From Mantamonas sphyraenae STR306 (Eukaryota; Protista; CRuMs): a stretch of DNA of 64,000 nt. Positions 33,463-45,929 of the stretch are shown here, piece by piece. Position 1 is the stretch's first letter; every line of letters starts with the position of its first letter. The translations under genes were made by a program, and so were the position numbers. The DNA lies in assembly GCA_026936335.1 (NCBI GenBank), contig JAPMXV010000043.1:434001-498000 (forward strand). The letters run 5' to 3'. The notes under the pieces are model-generated. The model saw only the letters and a program-made list of their open reading frames with translations, was not told the origin of the DNA and ran no database searches.

Positions 33463-34917
33463 TCACCTTTCCTTCAGCAACAAAAACTCCATCTGCCTCT
33501 CAAATCGCTCCTCCACCTCCCTCCGCCTCTGTGCAATCTCTTCCATCTTTCGAGCATGCTCTGACCTGATCCTCCCCTGGATGCCCCGCCGATCTGCGTT
33601 CAGAGCATCCGACACGCGCTGTTCGTTCGCCTCCAGAACACGCACCTGCATCTGCATCTTCCTCCGCTGCCCATCCACGCCCACCAGCCCACCCACCAGC
33701 CCGCTCCGCTCCCACACGTCAAACAGTTTCGTGGCCGTCCTCGCGGGGCTCTTGACGTGCTGGTCGTCTGCAAGCAGTTCGTACGCGTCCTCAACACTCA
33801 CATCCTCCTCTTCGCTCAAGATCCAACTCTCCAACGGGCCTTGTTCCCCATCCTCAGCCCCGCTCACCTCTTCCCGTGCCTCTGCATCCACCACGTACGC
33901 ACACACCATCTCCTCCCTCCATCCACCATATCCGGGGAACAACATCGCTGTACAACGCTCCCACCGCACCCTGCTTGACGCCTTGCTCACAAACACGCCT
34001 CCCAGCAGCACACACAGCGTGTGATGGATTTTCTCATCCGTGCCGTTGCCCAGAAACACCTGCCTGTGCTTCCCGCCGCTCTTTGCCCACATCAGCCGCA
34101 CAATCCCATGTGTCCACACGCACACAAGCTTGTCCACCGCAAACGCACGCCCTCGCCGCCGCATGGTCGCCTCGTACGCAAACGCCGCGTACTTTTCCGC
34201 CGCACCCTCACGCAGCGTTTCCAGCTCCTTTTCGTCCGCCTTGCGACCTGCCATCTTTGCAAGGTGCATGCACACCGCGTAGCCAAACAGCAGACGCAGC
34301 ACTGCCAGTCCCACTTTGTCTTTGCACATTCGCACAAACCCGTCTCGCCCCTCCTCCTCGTCGCCCCACTGCATCTCTCCGTCCAGCACCTCTTCCACAA
34401 ACATGCTTTCCTCCCTTTCCCCCCACTCGTCCAGCGTGTGCCTCTCGTCCTCCACATCGACGCGCTCCACACGCGCCGACGCCTCCACCTCCCGCCGACG
34501 CAAGCCTCCCTTCCTCCGCCCGATCGCTAGCGCCCGCTCACGCGTTTCCTCCAGCAGCTGCATAAACGCTTCGTCCTCCATCAGCTTCACACGCGCCTCT
34601 GGCATCTCCGTCTCTTCCAGAAACGCGTCCAGCCGCTCCTCTCTTGCCTGCTCGCTCTCCACCACCTCGTCCTCCTCATCTTCCTCGCCCTCCTCCGCCT
34701 CTGCCTTTGCCTTCTCTCGCATCCTCTCCAAGCCATCCTCCACCTCGTCCGCGCTCAGCTCCCCAAACCTCACCCGGAACCCGAGCGCACCCGCCACATC
34801 CTCACTCCACTTGCTCGTCGACGCCGTCACACTCGACGACAACTCCGACACCAGGTCGTCATCCAGCACACGACCACCACCGCCACTGCCCCTACTCCCC
34901 GAATCCCAACTCATCAT
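33463..34917 (-). CDS. Hypothetical acidic protein with a C-terminal coiled coil
   Basis: A 484-aa ORF with protein-like composition that fills the gap between ALG14 and the ferlin. No motif recognised. Confidence 0.7.
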   Translation of the reverse strand: MMSWDSGSRGSGGGGRVLDDDLVSELSSSVTASTSKWSEDVAGALGFRVRFGELSADEVEDGLERMREKAKAEAEEGEEDEEDEVVESEQAREERLDAFLEETEMPEARVKLMEDEAFMQLLEETRERALAIGRRKGGLRRREVEASARVERVDVEDERHTLDEWGEREESMFVEEVLDGEMQWGDEEEGRDGFVRMCKDKVGLAVLRLLFGYAVCMHLAKMAGRKADEKELETLREGAAEKYAAFAYEATMRRRGRAFAVDKLVCVWTHGIVRLMWAKSGGKHRQVFLGNGTDEKIHHTLCVLLGGVFVSKASSRVRWERCTAMLFPGYGGWREEMVCAYVVDAEAREEVSGAEDGEQGPLESWILSEEEDVSVEDAYELLADDQHVKSPARTATKLFDVWERSGLVGGLVGVDGQRRKMQMQVRVLEANEQRVSDALNADRRGIQGRIRSEHARKMEEIAQRRREVEERFERQMEFLLLKER

Positions 34918-34944
34918 CAGCGTTTTTGTTTGCTTTGGCTCCCG

Positions 34945-37900
34945 TCACGCTCCCGTCCCCTCCGTCGTGTTCCCCAAGCACACCACACTCCCGTTCACTG
35001 TCTTGTTCTTTGCACACGGGTCGGGAATCAGTTTTTCCACCTCCGGAACCACATACAGCCACACAAACAAGCCCAGTGCAATCAGCAGCACAGCCACTAT
35101 CGGCCACTTGTACTTGCCCAGCCACATCCCGATCCACTTGTCGATACGCCATGGCGGAAACGACCCTGGACGCTCAGGCTCAGGCAGGAATGGATACTGG
35201 TTCGGCTCCTTGCGCCCCTTCCCAGCAGGGCGGATCTTGGCCTCTTGCGCTGTCAACACCTCCATCTCCAGTTCCATCTCTCCTTGCACGCCCTCAAAGT
35301 TCGGGTGCGTCATGGGCACCCAGCATCGGTCCTTGATCTGCGACCGCTTCTTGCGGTGCGCCTTCTTGAAGAAGCCCTTCAGGTTCAGGTTGGCCTCCGC
35401 AATGGCGTCGTTTGGCCCCAGCGAATCCTTGTCCCACAGCTGCAGCTTCACACGCGGCACCTTCATCGGCAGGTCAAACTTGAACACACATCGCCAGTTG
35501 AACTGACCACTCCCGCGGCATCGCCAGTGCGTGTCCGTCTTTTGCAGATCGATCCCTTCCATTGCCGACGAACAAAACACATCGCTGCCATTCTTGTCCT
35601 TGAACACCACGTTGCGCGTCTGCCAAATCACCACACGCAGCTCGTACGGCTCCTTGGGCGGAGGCCGGATCGCCTTTTTCGGTGTCGTTGCCGCCTCTTC
35701 TGGCGACAGCAACTCCAGCCACATCAGCAGCTTGCCCTGCGGGTTCGACGATGCAGGCGACCACAACGTACGATACTCGTTCGGCTTGTTTTCCAGGTCG
35801 TGCCACTCCTGTGAAAACCAACGGTTCTCCAGGTCGATGAACGTCTCCCCAATGAGATCGTCTCCCAGCGGCACCATGTCGTAGTCGTACACCTGCACGT
35901 GCAGCTCGCTGGTGCCCGGGATCGTCGCCGGCAATTCGTAGCAAAAGAAAAACTCCGGGTTCAGCTCCTTTGCAATGTAGTGTGCCCGGTCGTTGATCTG
36001 GTTGGCCTTTTCCTTCCCATTGTTCATCCGGATGTACGGGTCCGACTTGCCATTCGGGTCCATCGGCACCAACTGGTACCCTTTCAGGATGTACGCACGG
36101 ATCACAAGCTCCGTCGGCTCAAACATGCGCTCCAGATCCGGCGCAGGTTCCGCCTTTCGCGCCTTGCTCTCCTCAATCACGCGGATCTGTCCCTTCCACT
36201 TGCCCACCTGACGCAGCCCATTCAACAGCGATCCCTTTTTGCCTCGAGTCACAGGGTACACGTCAAAAGGCAGCCTGCTCAGCATGTGCTCCAGTTCGTG
36301 AGGCGTGCTTTCGCGCTCCATCGCGTTGAACTTGCCTCCGTCGTCGTCCTCCGGCAGCTCGTCCAGCTCCTCGTCCAACCCGTCATTCACCTCTTCCATC
36401 CCCTCCAACACCTGCTCTTCCACATCTTCAATCGTGCGCTTCTCTCCGCGGTGCTCCCCAAACACGTCGCTCTCGGACACAAACTCCATCATCTCCCCAG
36501 CCACAACGTTCACCTCCTCATGATTCATCGGAATCCTGTCCTCCAGCTTGTCCAACTCCGCACGTGCGTCCTCGTCCTCCTCCGCCCCCGGGATTTCGTC
36601 CACAATCGGAGGAAGATCGCTCTCGGGCTTGCTCAGATCCAGCCAAGGCAGGTAATACTTCAGCGGCACGCTCACGGCACCCACCTGCACCACAGCAAGT
36701 CCACCAAACCGCCTGTCAAACACACGCACGTTCAGCGTCGGCGCAAACAGCGGATCCACAGGCAGGTCGCACATCAGCCGCTGAACCTGCAGGTGGTTCG
36801 GGTTCACCCCGTCCGGCGAGTGCGACGCGTTGGTGCGCAGCATCTGCACAGCGCGGTCGCCCAAGTCATACTCCATGAAGCAGTCCTGCAGCTCCATAAA
36901 CAGGTATGGCTGCATCTGCCGCAGACCCACCGTCGCAATCTCCAGCACGCACTTGCGCCGCTCGGGCTCCAGCGTCTCTGGCATCGGAAACTCGTCGATT
37001 TCATCGTGTGCAATCAGCTGGAACGACAACAGCGCTGCTCCTTCCTTGATGTCCGGCCGATCGATCCACAACGGGTACCAGCTCGGCTTCGCTGGCATCT
37101 CCTTCGAGATGCGCTCCACTGGGATTTCCGTACGACCAATCACCTCGTCTGCAAAAAAGTTGTCGTGGTCACGCACCTCCAGCATGATCTTTGGCGCGTA
37201 GCTCAGCTCCTCCGGCAGCTCGACGTCCATCACCACACTCTCGTACCACGCCGGGTACACCGTCTCCTCCTCCACGTGTGTCTGCGCCTGGTGATGGCCA
37301 CATCGCACACGCAGATACGGGTCCGAGAACCCGTTGCTGTCCGACGCTCGCAGCTCCCGTGCCTGGTAACAGTGCACGCGCAGCTGGTACTGCTTGAGCC
37401 GCGGCCGCTCCAGCTTGGTCCGCTCGGGAACCACGTCCGCAGGGCCCACACCCAAGTTGAACAGCAGGAAGCCAGGGATCTCGCCTGCCTTGTAGTTTGC
37501 AGACATCTTGTCTCCCACCAGAGAGTGCCACCTCGGGGTGTGCCGGGAAGCCCTTGACCTTGTCGTACTTGAACTGCAGGTAGCCCTCGCGCGAGCCTCC
37601 TGCCCCATAAATATTCAGCACCAAGTCCGGCAGTTGGTCCTTGTCCACGGGCATCACCACGTACGTGTCCTCAAACGCCTTGTAGTATTGGATGAACCCG
37701 CCGTTGCTCTTCACCGCGTCGCTCTTGATCACGTTTGGTCCCCACACAAGCTCCACCGTGTACTTGGTCATCAGACCCGTGTTGAACTCGGCTCCTTCGT
37801 ACAGGTCCAGCCGCACCACGTAGTCCATCGTCTCGGGCTCCTCAATCGCCTGGCAGCCTTTGACCCCGAGCTGCGGATTCTCGTCCTGCTGCGCCTCCAG

Positions 37901-39332
37901 CGCAAGCAGCACGCGGCCCATGTAGTGTGTCTTGTCCGGGTACGCCTTGGTGCCAATCTTTGAGATCTGGTCTCGGATCTTGCCCGGCGGCACTCCGTAT
38001 AGGTTCACCCACTTTGGGCCGATGTTGTCCAACTGCACGTCTGTAAACTTGAAGTACGCTGTCGCGATCAGGTCGTCTCCGCTCACCTTGTCCCAGTCCC
38101 ACATTTCAAACTCGATCACGTTGCTCATTGTCGGCGTCCACGCAGGCACGCGCAGTTCTTCAAAGTACGTCGGATCAAACTCCTTTTTCACAATGCTGCT
38201 CCGCTGCGACGAGCCACCAAACTTCACCTTGGCATACGGATCCACCTTGCCCATAAGATCCATTTTCGGCAGGTTTTCCGCACGGTACACAAACGCGCTC
38301 AGGGAATAGCCCGTCAGAGGCAGATCCGGCGGACGCAGCACAAGGCTCGCCAGATCTGCGTCCTCGTCGTCATCCTCGTCATCTTCGTCCCCATGCGAAG
38401 GCGGCTGGTCACCCGGTCCCAGTACAACCGCACTCATCTTCAGGAAGCCCTGGTCACCGTCGTAGTTTTCCGGATCCGTCAGCATCAGCCACTTCCTGTA
38501 CACCTCGTGATCGCGGCCGCCGTACACAAACGCTAGCTGCATTTGGTACATCCCTGTGTGCGTGCGTGTGCATTTTCACAGAGGCCCCACGCCGTCGCGT
38601 GGTGTCATTGTGCGCAGCCAAGCGGTGTCAGCCCAGCCCGCGTTCAATCGCCTGCCCTCTCCGCCTTTGCGCCCCCTCTTGCCACAGGTTCGCCTCACGT
38701 ACTGCGGCCCACACCCATCTCTCTCTCCATGCACTCTCTCCACATGCACCTCCTCCTCTGCCGTCCATGTGCGTCTGCGCCTGCAGCAGTCCCGAGACGC
38801 CGCCGCTTTTGCGCGACTCGGCTCCAGGATTTTCCCCTCTTGTCTGCTGCACGAGCACCACAGGCGCCGTGCGCATGCCCAGCACGCTCACACAACTTAC
38901 CAATGAGTGTGTTGCGCCGCAGAGTGTTGGCGTCGAAAACACTGATGAGCATGGTGGCATTGTTAAACTCCTGCGGGCTCATGCGCACGTCGAAGAACAG
39001 CAGCGTGTCCCACGTGCACTCCAGCGTCTTTTTCATGATCGGCGTGTTCTTCTTCTGCCCGTCGATCTCCACAAAGCACACGGGATCACTCATACCCCCC
39101 GACTCGCGTCCCTTCAGACCACGTGCCTCAATGATGTGCACGCGCACCTGATACTCGACGCGGTCGTCCTGAAAGACATCGTCCACGCCAGCGCCACACA
39201 CACACGCACACATCCTTTCCGTGTCAGCCCTCGTCACACACCTGTGCACACGCCTCCACGCCACCCCCCATCCACCCTCAGAACCACATCGCATTCCACC
39301 TCCCCTCTACTGCGCCTGCTTCCACCCACCAT
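34945..39332 (-). CDS. Ferlin (multiple C2 domains + C-terminal TM, no DysF domain seen). Exons: putative ATG-only 39332-39330, 39168-38901, 38553-34945, with a +1 frame break at ~37535
   Basis: C2 motifs (YQVRVHIIEARGL..SDP, VYRAENLPKMD, YQLRVHCYQARELRASDSNGFSDPY, DPNGKSDPY, IGETFIDLENRWFS, YELRVVIW, QKTDTHWR..GQFNWR), AGKGRKEPN..PFLPEPERP and a terminal TM helix. Placement of the first exon is an inference. Confidence 0.92.
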
Positions 39333-39427
39333 GCTTGATGATTCGCTGCGTCTGCCTGCGGCCCTGCGCCCAAACTCTCCTGCACGTCCCAGTCCTTCTC
39401 AGCCTGTCCCGTCCCTCGACACTCTGC

Positions 39428-40153
39428 ATGACCAGCGTCACCCCGGTGAAGCACACCCATACCGCGGGCCACCTGGTCCAGTATGCTCTTACTACCATCG
39501 AAAAATGGCCTGTGCTCTCCGACAAAGCCTTTCGCCACGCCCAGGACCTCGTCAACGCCATTCTTGAAGCGCAGTACCTCGATGGCGCCGGTCTTTCTTC
39601 CATTTCCAACGCCTTCCCACGTCTCAGCTCCCTCATGGACGACAAGCTTGCCCGTGGCCGCCTCAAGCACCTCTCCTCCCTTCGAGCTTCCCTCGCCAAA
39701 CACGTACGTCCCTCGCACCCCACCCTGGATCAAACGCACCATCTCTTTCCTACCACCACTCATACCGCCATCCCCACACTACCACAGCGCAACGTCCTCA
39801 AACACCTCCAACAGCAACAGGCGGAGCTTGCACTGTACATTGCCACGCAAGCCCCGGAGGTTGTTCACACGCCGCTGCCTCTGCACAGCATGAGTTTAAG
39901 CAACGTGCACACACACATCGACACGTTGGTGTACACGCTGCAACGCGATCTACTGCTCAAGAGCACCGTCGTGGACCTGCTCAGCGAAGCACACACAAAC
40001 CCACTTGCACACACCACACACACATTTACTGTCGCCCTCGCCGCCTGGCTTATGGCTCCTTATTGGAACACGGTCACTATCCACGCCCTAGGGGTCGTCC
40101 TCCGCACCTATGCAGACGAGGAGGAAAGCCAGCTCCACCAGCCCGACGCCTGA
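39428..40153 (+). CDS. Helical hypothetical protein, possibly C1orf109/AIRIM-CINP-like. Probable 84-nt in-frame intron 39704-39787
   Basis: Coiled-coil-like ORF with LQRDLLLKSTVV and terminal LAAWLMAPYW, reminiscent of the C1orf109 family from recall. GTACGT..CACAG intron signals. Confidence 0.6.
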   Translation: MTSVTPVKHTHTAGHLVQYALTTIEKWPVLSDKAFRHAQDLVNAILEAQYLDGAGLSSISNAFPRLSSLMDDKLARGRLKHLSSLRASLAKHVRPSHPTLDQTHHLFPTTTHTAIPTLPQRNVLKHLQQQQAELALYIATQAPEVVHTPLPLHSMSLSNVHTHIDTLVYTLQRDLLLKSTVVDLLSEAHTNPLAHTTHTFTVALAAWLMAPYWNTVTIHALGVVLRTYADEEESQLHQPDA

Positions 40154-41691
40154 TGCGCCGCCTCCGCCTTTGCTGCTTCACGCTCCCCCACAAGGTCAAT
40201 GGGCGCCCTGTAGATAGACTCGAGCATCTGCTCCACCGCCTGCATGACGTACACGTGCTGAATAAACGCCTCTGTGCGCTGTGGTTCCAAAAGCCTTCCA
40301 AACTGCGCCTCCACCAGCGGCAGCAGCATTGGGACTTTGATGCTCCACTGCGGCCGATCCAGATCCAACTCGTCCACGGCATCGGTGCTCACCTCCGACG
40401 CCGACGCCGACGCCGACGACGAGCCCTGGCCTCTCTGCAGTTGCTTCGACACGTGGAACGACACACTTTCCTGCAGCTGCTCCTCCAACAGATGGTAGGC
40501 CACGTTGAGCACCGATTGGATGGTGTGTGCAAATGCCTCGCTGTCCACCACGTCTCTTGTCTCGTCGCACAGCCACGTCAGGCACTCCTGCTGCTCCGCG
40601 GCGTCACCGGCGTCCGATTCCAGCACCGCATTCTTTGTTGGCAACAGACACGCCAGCAGGTCCTTCGAGCCCGACTCTCCTTCGATGGCCTGTCTCAGCT
40701 GGCCCAAGAGCACAAAAATCTCGTTGTGCGATCGCACCACCCCGTTCAGCCGCAGTCCCTGCAGACCTGCGCGCACTCTCTCCTCCACGTATGCACACAG
40801 CGCCCGCATGCCCTCTCCGCTTGCCATATGTGTTACAAACCCGAGGTACAGTTCCTGCGTCGCCTGTGCGACGCTGTACGCCACCTGTGCCGGCTCCGCC
40901 TCCGCGTCCTGTCCCTCGCCGCCTGCTCCGCGGCCACGCACCAGGTCATTCACCTGGTACCGAGCCAGAATTGTCGTCCCCACCCTGTACATCACGTTGA
41001 ACAGCGCCACACTGTACATCCCACACAGGGGCCGGGCAAAGTCTGCAGGCCAGCTCACACACACAGAGCTCCACGTCAGCCGTCGCCGCCACACACGTCA
41101 CTCCTTCTCTCTTTCTGCCTCTCGCTCCAACACAACCTACGCAAACACCTCAAATCATCCCACGTTTCCATCTGCTTCTCCCGCACCATGCTCTTGATCT
41201 TGGCAAACTGCCCTCCGACGCGTCAGTGGGCCATCTCCGTCTCCTCCGTCCGTTCGTTGCCCGCGCATCACTCACCCTCGACTTTGCCTCTTCCACAGGC
41301 ACCAACTTGAGCACAGTGGCCTGTAGCCCAGGTACAAATCCGGCCAGCACAATGTGGTCCGAGTTCTCCATGACCCGCTCGAAATGCGCGGCCTTGCTGC
41401 GCCGCGAACAAGCACAACCAGTGTGAGCCACACACACACAACTCCAGAGAGAAGAGAAAGAGAGAGAGAGAGAAGGAGAGGAGAGGACGCGCCACACAAA
41501 AGGAAATCAACCCACAGATGTGCATCGTGCTGTTCAAGCATGTAGGTTCGCTGCCACTCTTCCAGCCGAGAACCAGACCACGTCCGCACAGCGTACGCAG
41601 ACCCTGCCACAACCACCACCAGAGCAATCTTGCCCTTGTGTCGCCATGCAAATCGCCCCACAGAGGCACTGCCATCCAACAGCCACTGCAT
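40108..41691 (-). CDS. PEX3: Peroxin-3. Exons 41691-41516, 41396-41276, 41207-41141, 41042-40108
   Basis: N-terminal RHKGKIALVVVVAG (basic + TM), HFERVMENSD and spliced KQMETWDDLRCLHFARPLCGMYSVALFNVMYRVGTTILARY, plus DETRDVVDSEAF. Three GT-AG introns keep the frame. Confidence 0.88.
41446..41486. repeat. (AG)n/(CT)n microsatellite in PEX3 intron 1
   Basis: AGAGAGAAGAGAAAGAGAGAGAGAGAGAAGGAGAGGAGAGG read directly. Confidence 0.85.
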
Positions 41692-41744
41692 GTGTCGCCT
41701 CCGGTCTCGATTTGCACCCGCGGGCGCAACACTGTCCCGCAGAA

Positions 41745-43526
41745 ATGAGTTCCAAGGCAGCCGCCGTCTCATTCCTCTCCGGCCTCTCCGTGGGCGAGGC
41801 GGCCAAGGACAAAGACAAAGACTCAAGTAAGCCGAACAAGCCGGCTCGCGGTGGCAACAGAGGCGGTGGAGGCAAGAAGCGCAAGGGAAGCGGAAAGAAC
41901 GCAGCTGCAGCCACTTCCTCCTCGGCTGCGGCTGCGGCCGCCATAGGCTCGGGCGGCGGAAGCAAGCGCGCTTCCACAGACGCCAAACAAGCAAAGATGC
42001 CGTCGGCGCGGGACAATCGCTCCGTCGATGGCGTCACTGGCTCAAAGAAGGGCAAGAAAAAGGGGGGCCAGGGCAGGATGGGCCGAAGCAAACAACTCAA
42101 ACGCCGTACCAAAAAGGATGGCGCACACGGCAGCAGCGGGACACACAGCACAGACAGCCACGGCTCGGGGGTGGGCCATTCCCAAAAGGCCTCCTCCTTC
42201 CTGTTGGGCCTCAGCACAGACAGAGATGCCGCAGATACGGCCTCGTCTGCGTCGACGACTTCCCATCACCGCCTCAGCCATTCCCAATCCGCCTCCTCCA
42301 TCGATCCACGTAGGGACCACCAGCCTCCTTCCGCCTCCAATTCGGCTTCTGCCTCCGCTTCCGCAGGAGACACTGCGCCCTCCACACAGCATGGCTTGGG
42401 CTCCGCTGAGAGTTCCGCCGCTCTGCAACCACGCACACCCACCAGCTCGGCCAACAAACCCGCCCCTCTCGGCCACGCCCACAGTGTCGATGTCCTCGCC
42501 ATCGAAGATTCGTTCGGCAACAGCAGGCCGGGCACCCCGACCATGTCCAGCTCATCGGCTGCCAAGGTCATCAGCTTCCACGCTCCCCTGGAACAGACCG
42601 ACTACGAGAATCCACACATTGTGCGCCAGGTCCGCCAATCCCGCACCGTCCTCACCGCCTCCTTCACAGGCCCGCCCGTGGCCATGTTCAGTGTCATCCC
42701 ATACCGCAAGCAGGCCGACTCGACAAACATGCGCTACGTCGTCGATATGCACGGCCGTCCACACCTCGTCACCGACAACGAACTACCCTGGCTCGACCGA
42801 GCCAACGAGATTTCCTACCGCGACCTGTTGCGACCCGATGACAACCGCTTCGAAGTGGCCGCCGACCATGGACCCGGTGCAAAGGGCACAGGCACAGGAG
42901 GCGACGCAGGCAGCGCAAGCAACATCATCCAGTATAACCCGTTCTTTCTGGACGACCCGGAGATGGTCACCGGCAACAAACGCACCGTCATGAATCTTGA
43001 CGGATGGTTTGTGTCCATTGTGCCCTACGTCACCCCCGACGACCTCAAGGCTGAGCTCAACGAACAATTCTCCCTCAAGCACCCCTGGGTCCACCCAGAC
43101 ATCACCCTGTCCAGGTTACGACACGAGAAAAAGGTCCTCCTCGACGTCGTCGTCCAGTACGACATCGATCTCACCACCCTTGCCATCGCCTTTGTCTACC
43201 TCGAAAAGATGATCTACCGAGGCGTCATCAACAGCGTCAACTTTGAGCTCATTGCCGCCACCTGCCTCACCCTCGCCCTCAAGTTCTGCGACCTCAAAGC
43301 CCTCGACCCCAAATTTGTGTACAGTGTCCTCGAGTCGCTGGGCAACGTCACGCCCAAGCAGGTCTTCCGCTCCGAGTGGGCCGTGTTTACCCAGCTCCGC
43401 TTCACCCTCCATATCCCTTCCCGCGAATATCTGCCCCACCTCAAACGTGTCCTACGTGCCCTCGACATGGGTGGCGTCCAGGAGTACCTGCGCGGCTGTG
43501 TGGACTTGGATCGCGATGAAAACTGA
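41745..43526 (+). CDS. CABLES-like cyclin-fold protein
   Basis: N-terminal AAVSFLSGLS, AMFSVIPY, YNPFFLDDPEMVTGNKRTV, DLKAELNEQF..KHP..ITLSRLR and cyclin box AIAFVYLEKM...AATCLTLALKF. Confidence 0.9.
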   Translation: MSSKAAAVSFLSGLSVGEAAKDKDKDSSKPNKPARGGNRGGGGKKRKGSGKNAAAATSSSAAAAAAIGSGGGSKRASTDAKQAKMPSARDNRSVDGVTGSKKGKKKGGQGRMGRSKQLKRRTKKDGAHGSSGTHSTDSHGSGVGHSQKASSFLLGLSTDRDAADTASSASTTSHHRLSHSQSASSIDPRRDHQPPSASNSASASASAGDTAPSTQHGLGSAESSAALQPRTPTSSANKPAPLGHAHSVDVLAIEDSFGNSRPGTPTMSSSSAAKVISFHAPLEQTDYENPHIVRQVRQSRTVLTASFTGPPVAMFSVIPYRKQADSTNMRYVVDMHGRPHLVTDNELPWLDRANEISYRDLLRPDDNRFEVAADHGPGAKGTGTGGDAGSASNIIQYNPFFLDDPEMVTGNKRTVMNLDGWFVSIVPYVTPDDLKAELNEQFSLKHPWVHPDITLSRLRHEKKVLLDVVVQYDIDLTTLAIAFVYLEKMIYRGVINSVNFELIAATCLTLALKFCDLKALDPKFVYSVLESLGNVTPKQVFRSEWAVFTQLRFTLHIPSREYLPHLKRVLRALDMGGVQEYLRGCVDLDRDEN

Positions 43527-43573
43527 ATGGGCGTTTTTTCTTCATCCTCTCCCCCTCTCACTTGCTCACTCGC

Positions 43574-45926
<2,353 letters not shown>

Positions 45927-45929
45927 TCA

